Of a stretch of 64,000 nucleotides of DNA, positions 10,731-23,361 are shown piece by piece. The position numbers and the translations under genes are program-made. The DNA comes from Synechococcus sp. (GTDB lineage Bacteria > Cyanobacteriota > Cyanobacteriia > Thermostichales > PCC-7336). Under the pieces are notes generated by a model. That model did not search any database and was not told the DNA's origin. It worked only from the letters and a program-made list of their open reading frames with translations. The first letter of the stretch is position 1, and each line of letters opens with the position of its first letter. The stretch lies in assembly GCA_051439605.1 (NCBI GenBank), contig JBFRWN010000098.1:51189-115188 (forward strand), in the 5' to 3' direction.

Positions 10731-12650
10731 ATGCAAGCTCCATCTCTACACCCACAAACTGTGGAAGAGGTGCGGCAAAAGGCCGACATTGTTGAGGTCA
10801 TTGCCGAAAAAGTTGTCTTGCGCAAGCGGGGCAAAAATTTTGTCGGCCTCTGTCCATTCCATCAGGATCGTAAACCGAGTTTCTACGTCAGCCAACCCAA
10901 GCAAATCTACAAATGCTTTTCTTGTGGCGAGGGGGGCGATGTCCTGCGTTTTGTAATGAAGCAAGACAACCTGTCGTTCAGCGAAGCTGTACTTCAGCTG
11001 GGCCAACGCTACGGGGTTAGCATCCAAACGGCCTCTCCCGAGAAAAAGCGGCAGTACGAACAATTCGTCTCTCGTCAGGAGAAACTGTTCGAGATCCTCT
11101 ACCTTGCCAGCGATTTTTATCAGCACGTGCTACGCTCCCCGCAAGGGGAGGCCGCCCGCCGGTATCTTGAAGAGCGGCAAATCTCTATCGAAACGCAGCA
11201 GCAGTTTCAAATTGGTTTTTCCCCAGCGGGCTGGCAGCCCCTGTACGAATATCTGGTGAACCAAAAGGGATTGCCCGTCAAGTTGCTGGAAGCCGCCGGA
11301 TTGGTCTCCCCCCGCTCAAATGGCAATGGCTGGTACGATCGCTTCCGCCATCGCATCATGCTCCCCATTTTTGATGCCCGCGGGCGCACCATTGGCTTTG
11401 GGGGCAGAGCCATGGGAGACGAGCAGCCCAAGTACCTCAACTCTCCGGAAACAGAACTTTTCGATAAAAGCCAAATCCTTTACGGTCTTAATTTCGCCAG
11501 AGAGGCAATTTCCAAGCAAGATCGGGCTCTGGTCGTCGAAGGATATTTTGATGTCATCGCTCTCCACCAAGCGGGGGTGAACGTGGCGGTTGCGGCGTTA
11601 GGGACGGCCCTGGGTACACAACAGGTCAAGCATCTACTGCGCTATAGCGAATCTAAACAGGTCATCTTAAACTTTGATGCCGATGCCGCTGGCGTGACAG
11701 CAGCGCAGCGAACAATCGCTTCCCTCAAAGACTTAGCGCGTCGTGGAGACGTTCAACTGCGCATTCTAACCATTCCGGAGGGGAAGGATGCCGATGAATT
11801 TTTGCGTACCCACAGTAAGGAAGCCTACGAATCCCTGCTCGAGGAGTCACCGCTATGGGTGGACTGGACCATCGAGCAAACATTGGTCGCGAAACACCTG
11901 TCAAACCCCGTTCACTTTCAACAAGCCAGTCAAGAGGTGGTGCGCATTCTGTCAGATTTAACCGATACGATGATGCGCTCCCATTACATCCACCATGCGG
12001 CTGAACTTCTCAGCCGTGGGGATGGCCGGCTGGCGCTGCGACTCGAGGAAGAATTGCGCCGTAACGTCCGCACCTATCGTTGGCGAGGTAAAGACACCAA
12101 AGTTGCAGAGCGATCGGGGAAGTTACAAACTTCAGAATCTCAGTTGCTGCAGATTTACCTGCATTTCAGCGAACATCGCCACTATATCCGCGACAAGATG
12201 GCTGATCGCGAACTGCAATTTAACCTGGCCCACCACCGCACCCTTTGGCGTAAGATTCTCGACTTGCTCACTCACGAGCCAGGGATTGAGGAGCGTGCGG
12301 ACGATCTCCTCAACTCCCTGCGTGCCAGCTGTGCCCACGACGAACAAATGAATCAACAACTGAGTCACCTCTTGTGGTTGGATGAAAATACTCGGGTGGC
12401 ACTCATGCGTCCAAAGATGGTGGTGCGGGCGGCGATCGCCAATATGGAGCTAGAAATCTGCCAAAAACGATATCGATATTGGACGCAACTCTGGGACAAA
12501 GCCTATCAGGATGGAGACACCGATTTAGCGCGCGTATACCAAAGCCATATTCACTCAGAGCATCAAAAAATTCAGCAACTCCAAAAAGCCGTTCAACTCA
12601 CGTTTGAAGAACTCGTGCAGGCTCCATTATTTGAAAACCAGCTGCCTTAA
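10731..12650 (+). CDS. dnaG: DNA primase
   Basis: CPFH...CFSC Zn ribbon, DRFRHRIM, KYLNSPET, VEGYFD, FDADAAG, GKDADE; start set at ATG 10731. Confidence 0.97.
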   Translation: MQAPSLHPQTVEEVRQKADIVEVIAEKVVLRKRGKNFVGLCPFHQDRKPSFYVSQPKQIYKCFSCGEGGDVLRFVMKQDNLSFSEAVLQLGQRYGVSIQTASPEKKRQYEQFVSRQEKLFEILYLASDFYQHVLRSPQGEAARRYLEERQISIETQQQFQIGFSPAGWQPLYEYLVNQKGLPVKLLEAAGLVSPRSNGNGWYDRFRHRIMLPIFDARGRTIGFGGRAMGDEQPKYLNSPETELFDKSQILYGLNFAREAISKQDRALVVEGYFDVIALHQAGVNVAVAALGTALGTQQVKHLLRYSESKQVILNFDADAAGVTAAQRTIASLKDLARRGDVQLRILTIPEGKDADEFLRTHSKEAYESLLEESPLWVDWTIEQTLVAKHLSNPVHFQQASQEVVRILSDLTDTMMRSHYIHHAAELLSRGDGRLALRLEEELRRNVRTYRWRGKDTKVAERSGKLQTSESQLLQIYLHFSEHRHYIRDKMADRELQFNLAHHRTLWRKILDLLTHEPGIEERADDLLNSLRASCAHDEQMNQQLSHLLWLDENTRVALMRPKMVVRAAIANMELEICQKRYRYWTQLWDKAYQDGDTDLARVYQSHIHSEHQKIQQLQKAVQLTFEELVQAPLFENQLP

Positions 12651-12864
12651 CCGGTGATTCCGCAGATACATCAGAAAAGGTATGTGAAACCTAACGCTTC
12701 AGACTTTTTCGAAATCGCGGAGATGCCGCCAAAAATACAGGCCAGAGAGCAACAATGACCCAACGACCAGCTCCTTGGTAAGTCCTGCGGGTGTTTCGGG
12801 CTGTCATGTAGCAACCACAGCCGTAAAACACGCACAATCCGATCACGATCACCGTTCCCATAAG

Positions 12865-13389
12865 TTAATAAGCGTCCTGAAGCTCGTAAAAGTCAGGTGT
12901 GACGTAGTCTTTACGCATGGGCCAGCCCACCCAATCTTCAGGCATCAAAATCCGCTTCAGATTCGGATGGCCCTCGTAGATGATGCCATACATATCATAG
13001 GTCTCTCGCTCTTGCCAATCCGCGGTCTTCCAAATCCAGTAGACGGATGGAATGCGAGGATCTTCCCGAGGGAGAAAAACCTTAATTCGTAATTCATCGG
13101 GTCGATCCGCGTCATCTTTCAACTTAATCAAATGATAAGTACTGACCAAGTCTTTCCCAGGCCCCATGTCGTAACCACACTGACATTGCAGGTAGTTGAA
13201 ACCCAAACCATAGATCAACTTTGCGATAATGGGCAGCACTTCACGAGCTAAAGCAATCATTTCCACGCCGCGACGATCGAAACCCAAAAACTCGTGATCG
13301 AAATCGTTGTTCTGGAGAAATTGAGAAACTGGACCGCGCTGAACTACAGACTCTCCGCCCTGATGTGCTAAGTCGGTTGCTTCACTCAT
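12865..13389 (-). CDS. ndhJ: NDH-1 subunit J
   Basis: [35 protein letters not shown]. Confidence 0.97.
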   Translation of the reverse strand: MSEATDLAHQGGESVVQRGPVSQFLQNNDFDHEFLGFDRRGVEMIALAREVLPIIAKLIYGLGFNYLQCQCGYDMGPGKDLVSTYHLIKLKDDADRPDELRIKVFLPREDPRIPSVYWIWKTADWQERETYDMYGIIYEGHPNLKRILMPEDWVGWPMRKDYVTPDFYELQDAY

Positions 13390-14141
13390 GATTGACCTGC
13401 CTCCTCAACCAACTTTTCGGGTTCACCAGCTTTCATCGCATCAGGAATCTCAATGCCATACACAGCCGCCAATTCAGCGGGAGGAGCTTGACGGGTTTCA
13501 GCCTCAAGATATTTACCCGTCAAAATTTCAGGCACGGGCTTGAGCTCGTGGGCAATACTGTAATACCGGTGCGTCGGCATCTTATTGCCCAACTCACGAA
13601 TGTCCTCCGCTGCCATCTTTTTGCGCAGCTTAACGATCGCATCCATGATGGCCTCGGGACGAGGAGGACAGCCTGGAATGTATACATCAACGGGAATGAG
13701 CTTGTCCACCCCCCGAACTGTCGAATAGGAGTCTGTACTGAACATCCCACCGGTAATCGTGCAGGCTCCCATGGCAATCACATATCTAGGCTCGGGCATC
13801 TGCTGGTAAAGCTTAACCAAAGCAGGAGCCATTTTCATAGTGACAGTTCCAGCAGTAATGATCAGGTCCGCCTGACGAGGAGAGGACCGGGGCAAAAGAC
13901 CAAAGCGGTCAAAGTCAAATCGAGACCCAATCATGGCTGCGAACTCAATAAAGCAGCAGCTAGTGCCGTACAGCAATGGCCAAACGCTGGACATTTTTGC
14001 CCAGCTGTAGAGGTCATTTATTGTTGTCAGAATGACGTTGTTGGACAAATCAGAGGTAACCTGAGGTTTCTCCACCGGGAACTGCAGTTCCTTAGCAGGG
14101 TTAGCTCCGAGAACATCCGCATCAGATGGCGTCATGACCAT
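13386..14141 (-). CDS. ndhK: NDH-1 subunit K
   Basis: [29 protein letters not shown]. Confidence 0.97.
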   Translation of the reverse strand: MVMTPSDADVLGANPAKELQFPVEKPQVTSDLSNNVILTTINDLYSWAKMSSVWPLLYGTSCCFIEFAAMIGSRFDFDRFGLLPRSSPRQADLIITAGTVTMKMAPALVKLYQQMPEPRYVIAMGACTITGGMFSTDSYSTVRGVDKLIPVDVYIPGCPPRPEAIMDAIVKLRKKMAAEDIRELGNKMPTHRYYSIAHELKPVPEILTGKYLEAETRQAPPAELAAVYGIEIPDAMKAGEPEKLVEEAGQS

Positions 14142-14494
14142 TCCAGCGCTCCTTTTCTCCAGGCATAGACAAGTCCAAAAATCAAGATAGTGATGAAAAC
14201 AATGGCTTCGACAAAGGCTAGTATGCCGAGCTTGTGAAAGGCAACCGCCCAGGGATATAGAAAGACCGTTTCCACGTCAAACACAACAAAAACTAGCGCA
14301 AACATGTAGTAACGAATATTGAACTGAATCCAGGCTCCCCCCTGAGGCTCCATGCCAGATTCGTAAGTGGTTAAACGCAAACCACTCCGTTGCTTAGGGC
14401 TCAGGAAGTAACCCGCCACCAACACGGCTGCTGATAGCAGACCGCACAGCAGCAAAAAGACTAGAAAATAGTCGTAACCGGTCAGAACAAACAC
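14132..14494 (-). CDS. ndhC: NDH-1 subunit 3
   Basis: [28 protein letters not shown]. Confidence 0.97.
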   Translation of the reverse strand: MFVLTGYDYFLVFLLLCGLLSAAVLVAGYFLSPKQRSGLRLTTYESGMEPQGGAWIQFNIRYYMFALVFVVFDVETVFLYPWAVAFHKLGILAFVEAIVFITILIFGLVYAWRKGALEWS

Positions 14495-14727
14495 TCGGTC
14501 TTCGTCACATTGCTTAACGACTTGTATATCAGTATAAGCACAGTCCGCAGAGGGGGACAGTTAACACTGATGAAAGGTCAAACATATCGATCCTGCCAAA
14601 GATGCCATTCATGGCTAGAAGTCACGTCAGCCATGGCAGTCTTGGCTCAAGCATAGTTTCCACAAACTCTGAATAGAATGAGCGTGAACAGAATGCAACC
14701 CGACGGCGATCGCCAACGAGAAGGGGA

Positions 14728-15117
14728 TTAGTCAGCCTCCACCATGGCTTTATACTCTTCAGCGGACATCGTTTCATCCATGTCCTCGAGATTCGTCATT
14801 TCAACTTTGAATAGCCAAGCATCGCCGTAAGGATCGTCAGCAATGTTTTCTGGGCTATCAACCATCGCCTCGTTAATAGCAACCACAGTGCCGCTCACGG
14901 GGGCATACAGATCTTCAACTGCCTTAACAGACTCAACAGAGCCAATCGTGTCTCCTTTCTCGACAGAGTCCCCTTCATCGGGCAACCCCACAAAGACGAT
15001 GTCTCCCAACTGATCGACAGCAAAGGCAGTGATGCCAATGGTTACCACGTTGTCTTCTACGAGGAGGTACTCGTGGGAATCTACGTAGCGGAGGGATTCC
15101 GGATAGTCCAGGGCCAT
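14728..15117 (-). CDS. gcvH: Glycine cleavage system H protein
   Basis: GITAFAVDQLGDIVFV, VESVKA (lipoyl Lys), DPYGDAW; start set at MALDYP. Confidence 0.95.
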   Translation of the reverse strand: MALDYPESLRYVDSHEYLLVEDNVVTIGITAFAVDQLGDIVFVGLPDEGDSVEKGDTIGSVESVKAVEDLYAPVSGTVVAINEAMVDSPENIADDPYGDAWLFKVEMTNLEDMDETMSAEEYKAMVEAD

Positions 15118-15283
15118 GACGCGATACTTCCTTACGCTCAAATTCTCCGGCCAGTTGGGCTGTGCGCTCGCAACCGCCATTCAGGATTAAACCTTGTAAT
15201 TTGTCTCAGAGTCAAAGGCAGATTCCAATTGTCCGAACGCCATTTCAGAGTCGTTTGAATCAAGAGCCGCAGGGAAACTGCCC

Positions 15284-16765
15284 CTAATGCAATTCCAGGG
15301 ACTCCGGGTCAGAGCGCACCTGCACATCCATTTGACGTAAAATTCGTAACGAATCTTCAGGGCCATCAATTTGGCCTGCATCCGTCAACCAAAAGGAAGC
15401 AATACCGAGATCTGCAAGAAATTGCACGTATTCTCCCAAGGGGGGGCGATCAAATACAGCCGCTTTCACTACAGAAAAGCCACGTTCCACCCACGGGGCA
15501 GCTGCAAATCGCTCGTAGTAAAACAACTGTCCAACAGTTTCCTGGATGCTTTCAGCCATATCTTGCTGGTAAAGCAGCTTGACTTCAGCCAACAACACTC
15601 GGTTGTCTTTGACCGCTAAGAAGTCAAAGAATTGCCGATCTTCGCGAACTTCCATCCCCGCCAGCCGGAACCAGCGACGAAACTGTAGCAAGATCTCGTT
15701 ATGCTTTGGCGTGCGCTCCAGTTGGCGACGGCGGCGACGTTCGGCCATCAACGGATCGTAGCGATCGCCCGACGGTAATCCGCTACTGGTATAGTCCGGA
15801 GGCTCGTCTGGATCGAGCAAAATATGCCCCCCAGTTGGCTGGGGCAACAATTGAGGAATCGACCAGCTACTGAGGTGCCGGGAAGCATGGCTCAACAGTT
15901 CGGTTTCCGGAAACATTTCCTGCTGGCAAGCTGCGCTTAAAATACTTCGATTGAAAGGGGATTCAGAATCGACATCGAAAATTTTCCGCATTTGCCAACC
16001 CTGCAGCCCTAAATCTTCTGCAAACTGTTCGGGGGAAAGAGTTTGACGCTGCTTTTGAAGAGTGGAGTTACCAAAGTACAGCGACACCATCACCGGATAG
16101 ATGGGTAGTGGCTGGTTGTTGGGCACCAACATACTCCACATCGTTTCTGTCCAGTCAATGCGGAACACCTCTGCATCTGGCCCGCTCCCTACCACCTGCA
16201 GCATTTTGGGAAATCCCGCCTGCCAACCACAGGGATGATCGTCAAATCGGCACCGTTGTCGCCCTTGATCGACGTTCATAGGAAATTGACCGTCGTAGAA
16301 CCTTAACGGGCACAAATCGCGATCGCCATTCAAAAATTCTGCATCCCGCCACATGCTGGGGGAGCTAGCGTGACAGCCAATCCCCTCTTGACCGTTGCAG
16401 GCTTTCAGCCAGCGGCGCTCCCAATATTGATCGGAGGAGGACTGAGGCAAAATTGGCTGGGGCATCCCCCCTGCATCACCATTAAACAGCGGCCAAATTA
16501 ATGCAGTTCCATCGGGTAGAGAGGGCAAGTGGGGATGGGATTTACAATAAAACGGATCGCAGATTGTGGAGGCAATTTCTGCCAGTGTCATGCCTTTCGC
16601 GTCACCTACCCAGGGCATCAGATCTCCTGCCTGAATAGCGAGGGCCACCTCTAAACCTTGAGGACGAAACCCCACGGCATAGCGACTATAGCCATGCAAC
16701 AGTTGCATCGCTTGCACAAACAGGTCGTAGCGGAGAACAGATATGGCTGCCATAGCCGAGTTCAA
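15284..16765 (-). CDS. Uncharacterised protein with C-terminal PD-(D/E)XK nuclease-like domain
   Basis: HNEIL...FDFLAVKDNRVLLAEVK...ETVGQLFYY; Cys-containing N-terminal region not recognised. Confidence 0.6.
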   Translation of the reverse strand: MNSAMAAISVLRYDLFVQAMQLLHGYSRYAVGFRPQGLEVALAIQAGDLMPWVGDAKGMTLAEIASTICDPFYCKSHPHLPSLPDGTALIWPLFNGDAGGMPQPILPQSSSDQYWERRWLKACNGQEGIGCHASSPSMWRDAEFLNGDRDLCPLRFYDGQFPMNVDQGRQRCRFDDHPCGWQAGFPKMLQVVGSGPDAEVFRIDWTETMWSMLVPNNQPLPIYPVMVSLYFGNSTLQKQRQTLSPEQFAEDLGLQGWQMRKIFDVDSESPFNRSILSAACQQEMFPETELLSHASRHLSSWSIPQLLPQPTGGHILLDPDEPPDYTSSGLPSGDRYDPLMAERRRRRQLERTPKHNEILLQFRRWFRLAGMEVREDRQFFDFLAVKDNRVLLAEVKLLYQQDMAESIQETVGQLFYYERFAAAPWVERGFSVVKAAVFDRPPLGEYVQFLADLGIASFWLTDAGQIDGPEDSLRILRQMDVQVRSDPESLELH

Positions 16766-17212
16766 GGAGCAATTATTTCAATAGCAATCCTGCGAATCCA
16801 TAGTTACCTACAAAACAACCTCCAAATAAGCAAAACGTACGCTAAAGAGGTACTACAGGAGAGATGGAAATTGATGCCAGTCTTCTTCGCTTGAGCCACA
16901 TGCATCGCGCAGGCAACTATAGACCAGGAGCCAATTCCTGCTCAAAGCAGGTAGGCTACTTCAATCATTCAAATCTAGCCCACAGTTTTCGGCAACTGAA
17001 TTCACATTCGACAACTATGGTCGTTACAACCCTTTCTGGGGTTACAGGGCGCAACTAGCTTGTGCCTGAAGGGCTGCTCCATTGTTGATGCAAGCTTCTG
17101 CATCCAAGAAATAAACGCTCTAGAGTGTTCAGAAAATATCAAATTTCTCGGGGAATTTGTCTCATCGTGTGCTGGATGTATGGTTAGTGCATTACGCTTA
17201 GGGGCGCAATAA

Positions 17213-18514
<1,302 letters not shown>

Positions 18515-18780
18515 TCAAAGCAATCCGTTCTCGTTTATCAACCATCAACCCGCTCCGCATTGCACCTGAGTGGGTTCGTGGTTATGCTCACACCCTCTAA
18601 CCATTGCTATCTCATCTACGTAGCAGCCTCAATTGGCAACGTTCTTGCTCTGCTAACTGTTAGGGAATAGCAATATGTCATCAGATTGAAGCGGTCGGAT
18701 TGTCCTGTGGGTAAGCTTAGTAATGGAGGTTCGCAAAGGCTGTCACCCCCATTGCGAGCAGCAGTAACGGAGAAAAATTC

Positions 18781-19230
18781 ATGAGATCTGCTCGCGACGA
18801 CAGCGAAGCAAAAATGGTCAATGTCCTCGAAGAATTGGTCCTGAACGAAGCCAATCGACAAATCAGTAACTTGGCCGAACGGGAACAGCAAAAACTTGTC
18901 GTTGTCGAAGTTGCAGCCTACGTCCTCAACCGAATGGAACCCATGTACGCAACCACTCGGGACGGCTGGGGTCACCAGCGGGAAAGGGCTCTACGCAACT
19001 CTAGTCAAGAAGTCAGGCAACAGGTTACTCGGGCGATCGCCAAAATGCAAAAAACTCCATCTCTCCTTAGAAGACCCCTGCCAGAGACGGTGGAGGCCCG
19101 TTGTGCCCTCAACCAGTTGCGTACCACACTCAATCAACCGAACCTGACCTGGATGGAGGTTCCTCAGTTGGTTCAAGCACTCATGGCACAAACCCAAACA
19201 ATGATTCATTCCCACTCGAAAGTTGGGTGA
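18781..19230 (+). CDS. ComFB-domain protein
   Basis: NVLEELV...VAAYVLNRMEPMYATT..GW signature. Confidence 0.8.
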   Translation: MRSARDDSEAKMVNVLEELVLNEANRQISNLAEREQQKLVVVEVAAYVLNRMEPMYATTRDGWGHQRERALRNSSQEVRQQVTRAIAKMQKTPSLLRRPLPETVEARCALNQLRTTLNQPNLTWMEVPQLVQALMAQTQTMIHSHSKVG

Positions 19231-19494
19231 CAGGGGGGCCTGACAGAACAAGTTAAGGCGTCATTCTTCAGTATCAAATACAACTCTACTGGTTCTACTT
19301 TTGACAGAAGCTAGTCAAGAGCTGCCCCCTGATCGAGCGGATTTATGGTTTCTGCATCCCGAGACCCAAACATTAGGATTCAGTCGCAAATAGGCGTCGT
19401 TCGCGAGATCGACCGCTATTGCCGTCGCACGCGGGTAAAAGGCTCCCATAACGCCATCTACCGCAGTGTGCTGAGCAAACGGATGGCATGGCAA

Positions 19495-20019
19495 CTATTC
19501 ACCGTCGTAGCACACCAAGCTATAGACTGGAATACTGTCGGGCAGCCGAGCTCGCCCATTGAGGAAACTCAGCTCAACCACAAATCCAAATCCACATAGC
19601 TGGGCTCCTGCAGCCTCCACCAGTTCGGCGGTGGCTACAGCTGTCCCCCCAGTTGCAATCAGATCGTCAATGACGACTACTCGACTGTCCGGCGAAAATG
19701 CATCCGCATGAATTTCCAAACAATCCGTACCGTACTCCAAAGCATATTCTCGGCTCAGTGTACGAGCTGGTAGCTTGCCAGGCTTGCGAACAGGCACGAA
19801 GCCAGCCCCTAAGCGATAGGCCAATGGAGTCCCAAACATAAACCCTCGGGATTCGGTGCCAACCACATAGTCTATATGACTGTCGCGAAAACAGGCGTGC
19901 AGGCGATCGATGCAAGCCTGCAGGCCCTGCGGATCGTTTAATAGCGTTGTAATATCGCGAAAAACAATTCCGGGCTTAGGAAAATCAGGGATACTGCGAA
20001 TTAAGGACTTGAGATCCAT
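19495..20019 (-). CDS. apt: Adenine phosphoribosyltransferase
   Basis: [37 protein letters not shown]. Confidence 0.97.
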   Translation of the reverse strand: MDLKSLIRSIPDFPKPGIVFRDITTLLNDPQGLQACIDRLHACFRDSHIDYVVGTESRGFMFGTPLAYRLGAGFVPVRKPGKLPARTLSREYALEYGTDCLEIHADAFSPDSRVVVIDDLIATGGTAVATAELVEAAGAQLCGFGFVVELSFLNGRARLPDSIPVYSLVCYDGE

Positions 20020-20260
20020 TTAGGTACTCCTCTGCACTCAAAAGCACTCTACAGGGAAACTTTAGGGAGGTGGCCAATTGAGTAGACGCTCTAGGAGATC
20101 GGCACACAACCCGCCTTTTGGCGAGATTCTAGAATCGCGAGCAAAAATCTATAGTTGAGCGATCTCTTGCTATTTTGCGTTCACTCCCCTGCAGTGATTT
20201 CTTTTACTGGTGAGAAACCCCTATCTTGAAATTGGGTTCCACTAGTGAATAACTCTACTC

Positions 20261-20932
20261 ATGACCCTTCTCTTCCACATTGGTTTAACGACCGCACTGT
20301 CGGCACTTCTGGCCATTTCCGTCCGACAGCGACACCCCCCCTTATTGATTGCAGAAGTTGGGCTGATATCAGTAGCTTTATGGTCCATCTTAGATGGCAT
20401 GTGGCAACCCACCCACGCATTTTCGGTCCTAGAACCCAGCTTCCTTTTGGTCATTTTGGCGGGAATCGTCAGCACTTACACCATTGGTCAATGGCCTCCC
20501 ACAACAATTGCCCTCATCACATTTTTGGCAGTCGGTGGTGTAACAACACTAGTTGCGCAGCCACTCCTACAACCTGTCCAAGTTGGAGACTTCATCCCTG
20601 TTGTACGGGAAGCAATCAATTCGGGAGCTCCAATGGTTCTGGCAGCATTAGGCGGAGTCGCGCTCTACGCCACCTGCATCAGTCCTCAGTGGCAGTGGCC
20701 TAGAGCCGTCGCCTTAGGCGTTGCTTTGGCTGCTGCTCTAGTAAGCGACAGTGTCATATACACCGCGCTGTCTCAAGGAAAGCAATTATGGAGCACAAGC
20801 GCTTGGATTCACCCCCTACTGCTGAAGCTAGCCGACAAAATTCTTTTGAGTGCTGTAATTGTGACGCCTTTGGTGTCTTGGGGATTGGCAGGTATCGAAG
20901 AAACAGCTCGGCAAGCCAATCCGAAGGGCTAA
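20261..20932 (+). CDS. Hypothetical polytopic membrane protein
   Basis: 223 aa with about seven hydrophobic segments. Confidence 0.55.
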   Translation: MTLLFHIGLTTALSALLAISVRQRHPPLLIAEVGLISVALWSILDGMWQPTHAFSVLEPSFLLVILAGIVSTYTIGQWPPTTIALITFLAVGGVTTLVAQPLLQPVQVGDFIPVVREAINSGAPMVLAALGGVALYATCISPQWQWPRAVALGVALAAALVSDSVIYTALSQGKQLWSTSAWIHPLLLKLADKILLSAVIVTPLVSWGLAGIEETARQANPKG

Positions 20933-20941
20933 CCCGTAGTC

Positions 20942-21484
20942 CTAAGCCCCAACATCTTTACCGTTTAAACGCCATTGCATCAGGCGATCGCGGGTACCCT
21001 CATCCAAAAAACCGTCGATACCGCGACCGGGCTTACGGGTGGAACGTGCCGCTCTTTTGGCTTGTTTTGCTGCGTGCTTCACTTCTTCGAACAGCCCCAA
21101 CACAGACACCCAGTCTGCATCGAAGCCCATAGCCACTAACTGAATGCTGCGATCGGAAGTCGCCACCCGCACTCGACAATCCTCCCACTGCAAGTGCGCG
21201 CAGGTGCGTTCAATCACCGTATCGGCGGTTTCCCCATATTCAGAGAAATGTACATCCAGCCCCTTGGGGGCGAGCATTGGCACGCTTGGCTGCCGATGCT
21301 TGTGGGCATCAAATACAACCATTCCGCTGTATCCCTTAAAGACAACGAAATTAGACAGTCGCTCTAGCAAGCGCGATCGCGCAATATGCAACTCTGACTT
21401 GGTCGCATATTTCTTCAGACTAGGCCATGCGTGGATCGCGTTATATCCATCCACAATTAAGACGGTGGCAGCCATAAAGCCCAA
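20942..21484 (-). CDS. NYN/YacP (Rae1)-like ribonuclease
   Basis: LIVDGYN, VVFDA, ETADTVIE, VATSD. Confidence 0.88.
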   Translation of the reverse strand: MGFMAATVLIVDGYNAIHAWPSLKKYATKSELHIARSRLLERLSNFVVFKGYSGMVVFDAHKHRQPSVPMLAPKGLDVHFSEYGETADTVIERTCAHLQWEDCRVRVATSDRSIQLVAMGFDADWVSVLGLFEEVKHAAKQAKRAARSTRKPGRGIDGFLDEGTRDRLMQWRLNGKDVGA

Positions 21485-21635
21485 TCCGAAGGAACCGTAC
21501 TATTATTGCTGAACAAAAACTTAATTGACAATTTATTGCTATTTTTCTCTAGCCAGCAATCAATTCCCGAAAATGACGCTGGTCCATCAGCGGCCTAGAG
21601 AGCGCTGGACTACTCTACCGAGAATGCCGGGGGAC

Positions 21636-22451
21636 TCAAACCCCTACCGCCAAATTCCAGTACCAGCTCGCTAAACGTTCTCCAAAAAATAGTGCCACCA
21701 CAGCACCAAGTACCAAGTAGGGACCAAAAGGAATGGGCTTCCCCCATCGCTTGCCGCGAATGAACTTCATGGCTATGCCACAAACACTGCCTAGGAGGCA
21801 CCCAACAAAGACCGTCACGAAAACAGCCTGCCAACCCAGCCACATTCCAATTGCAGCCAACAACTTACCATCTCCTCCTCCCATGGCCTCTTTGCCCAAG
21901 ACCAATAGGCCGATCCAGCCAATTGCCTCCAGCAACAAAATCCCTAGGGTCATACCAATCGCACCATCCAACAATACCGGGGCGATCGCCCTTACCGAAT
22001 TCCCTTGTAGCAACGGTAGAGTCACACGTAAAGCCAGCCCCACAAGTAAAGCTGACCGGGTTAGCAAATCCGGCAGCAGGTAGGTTTCCACATCGATCAA
22101 AGCAAGCGGGAGCAGCCAGCTCAGCAAAAGCGCTGCGCTAACCGCAGACCAAGACCATCCCAACACCGCAAAACACAGAATAAATAACCCCATCGTGAAT
22201 GCTTCCACGGCAGGATAGCGCGCCGATATCTTGGTACCGCAGTGGCGACATCGCCCCCGTAACCACAACCAGCCTAATATCGGGACATTTTCAGTGGGCC
22301 CTAAGCCGGTTCCGCAGCTTGGGCAGTGAGAGGGAGGATGCAACAGCGAAAGCTGGCGCGGCACGCGATAAACAACCACATTGAGAAAGCTGCCGATGGA
22401 AGCACCCAGTACTGCTACCAGTAGCCAACCTGGCCAAAACTCCAATCCCAT
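21636..22451 (-). CDS. pilD: Prepilin peptidase/N-methyltransferase
   Basis: GSFLNVVVYR, CPSC...CRHC, IDVETYLLPD, AMGGGDGKL, PFGPYL. Confidence 0.95.
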   Translation of the reverse strand: MGLEFWPGWLLVAVLGASIGSFLNVVVYRVPRQLSLLHPPSHCPSCGTGLGPTENVPILGWLWLRGRCRHCGTKISARYPAVEAFTMGLFILCFAVLGWSWSAVSAALLLSWLLPLALIDVETYLLPDLLTRSALLVGLALRVTLPLLQGNSVRAIAPVLLDGAIGMTLGILLLEAIGWIGLLVLGKEAMGGGDGKLLAAIGMWLGWQAVFVTVFVGCLLGSVCGIAMKFIRGKRWGKPIPFGPYLVLGAVVALFFGERLASWYWNLAVGV

Positions 22452-23361
22452 TCACATTGCCTGCTGCTCGCGTTCGAGCCTAGGATGCCACCGGCATTTG
22501 TAATTGGTTCAGGGGAATAAATTTTTCATGGGGGAGTAACACGGGATGAGAAGAACACAACACCTCTCCTCGCAGTGTTTCTAGATTGACAGCAACCCCG
22601 GTGGGCAAGCGATCGCGCAATTCAAACCAGTGCTTTTTCTCGTCGTACACCTGGCGCGCAACCATCACTAATTCTGCATTCACGATCTTGAGCCTCAACC
22701 CACACACGCCTCAACAATAGCGCCGATCTCAAACTGTGCCAGTTGCAAACTATGTCGTTTCTTACTGACAAGTTAATCTCTTGAGAGACTGCTCTAGTGC
22801 GATCGTCCATTCGCTGAGAATATCTCGGCTATCCAGACCCCTAAATGGACCTATAGAATGATTTCCTCTTTATTCTGCGACACAAGCCACTGCCGATTTG
22901 CTCGCATCAATAGCGACCGTCAATCCGATTAGGACATTTCAGCTACCCAGAACGCGGACTAAGCATAGACCTGTCCGTACTAACTGAACTAACAAAAGCT
23001 ATCCGCCGGTGAACAGCAACGGCCCCCCATCCTTGCAACCACTCTCTCTTCAGCGATCCCCAGCGAGCAAAACAACTAAGAGTGTCATTCTTGGGTACAC
23101 TCATGAAGGTTTGTAAATACGTTATTTCGCATTGCTCTTTCTTGTTGCCAATAGTTGCGCCACCGAATTGCAGCAGCCATCTGCTACCTAAGCACTTTGT
23201 AGCGTAACAGGGGAAACCACCCCATTTTGCAGCGATTCTGAGCCCTCATAATCCGATGGAGTCTACGGAGCTAACCGACCGGACCCTATCTCGCCTAAGG
23301 AAAAACCATTTCTCACTGGCGTGATAAACGGTCGCAGTAGCGAGCCTAGCCCCCCTACAAG

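Noticed and set aside
13392..14168. Long antisense ORFs (here, and e.g. 9648-10217, 42939-43436, 30380-30919)
   Set aside because: Shadow frames of well-supported genes with no recognisable motifs
15118..15283. Glycine riboswitch upstream of gcvH
   Set aside because: Could not find the GGAGA...CCGAAG...CUCUCAGG aptamer motifs in the right order
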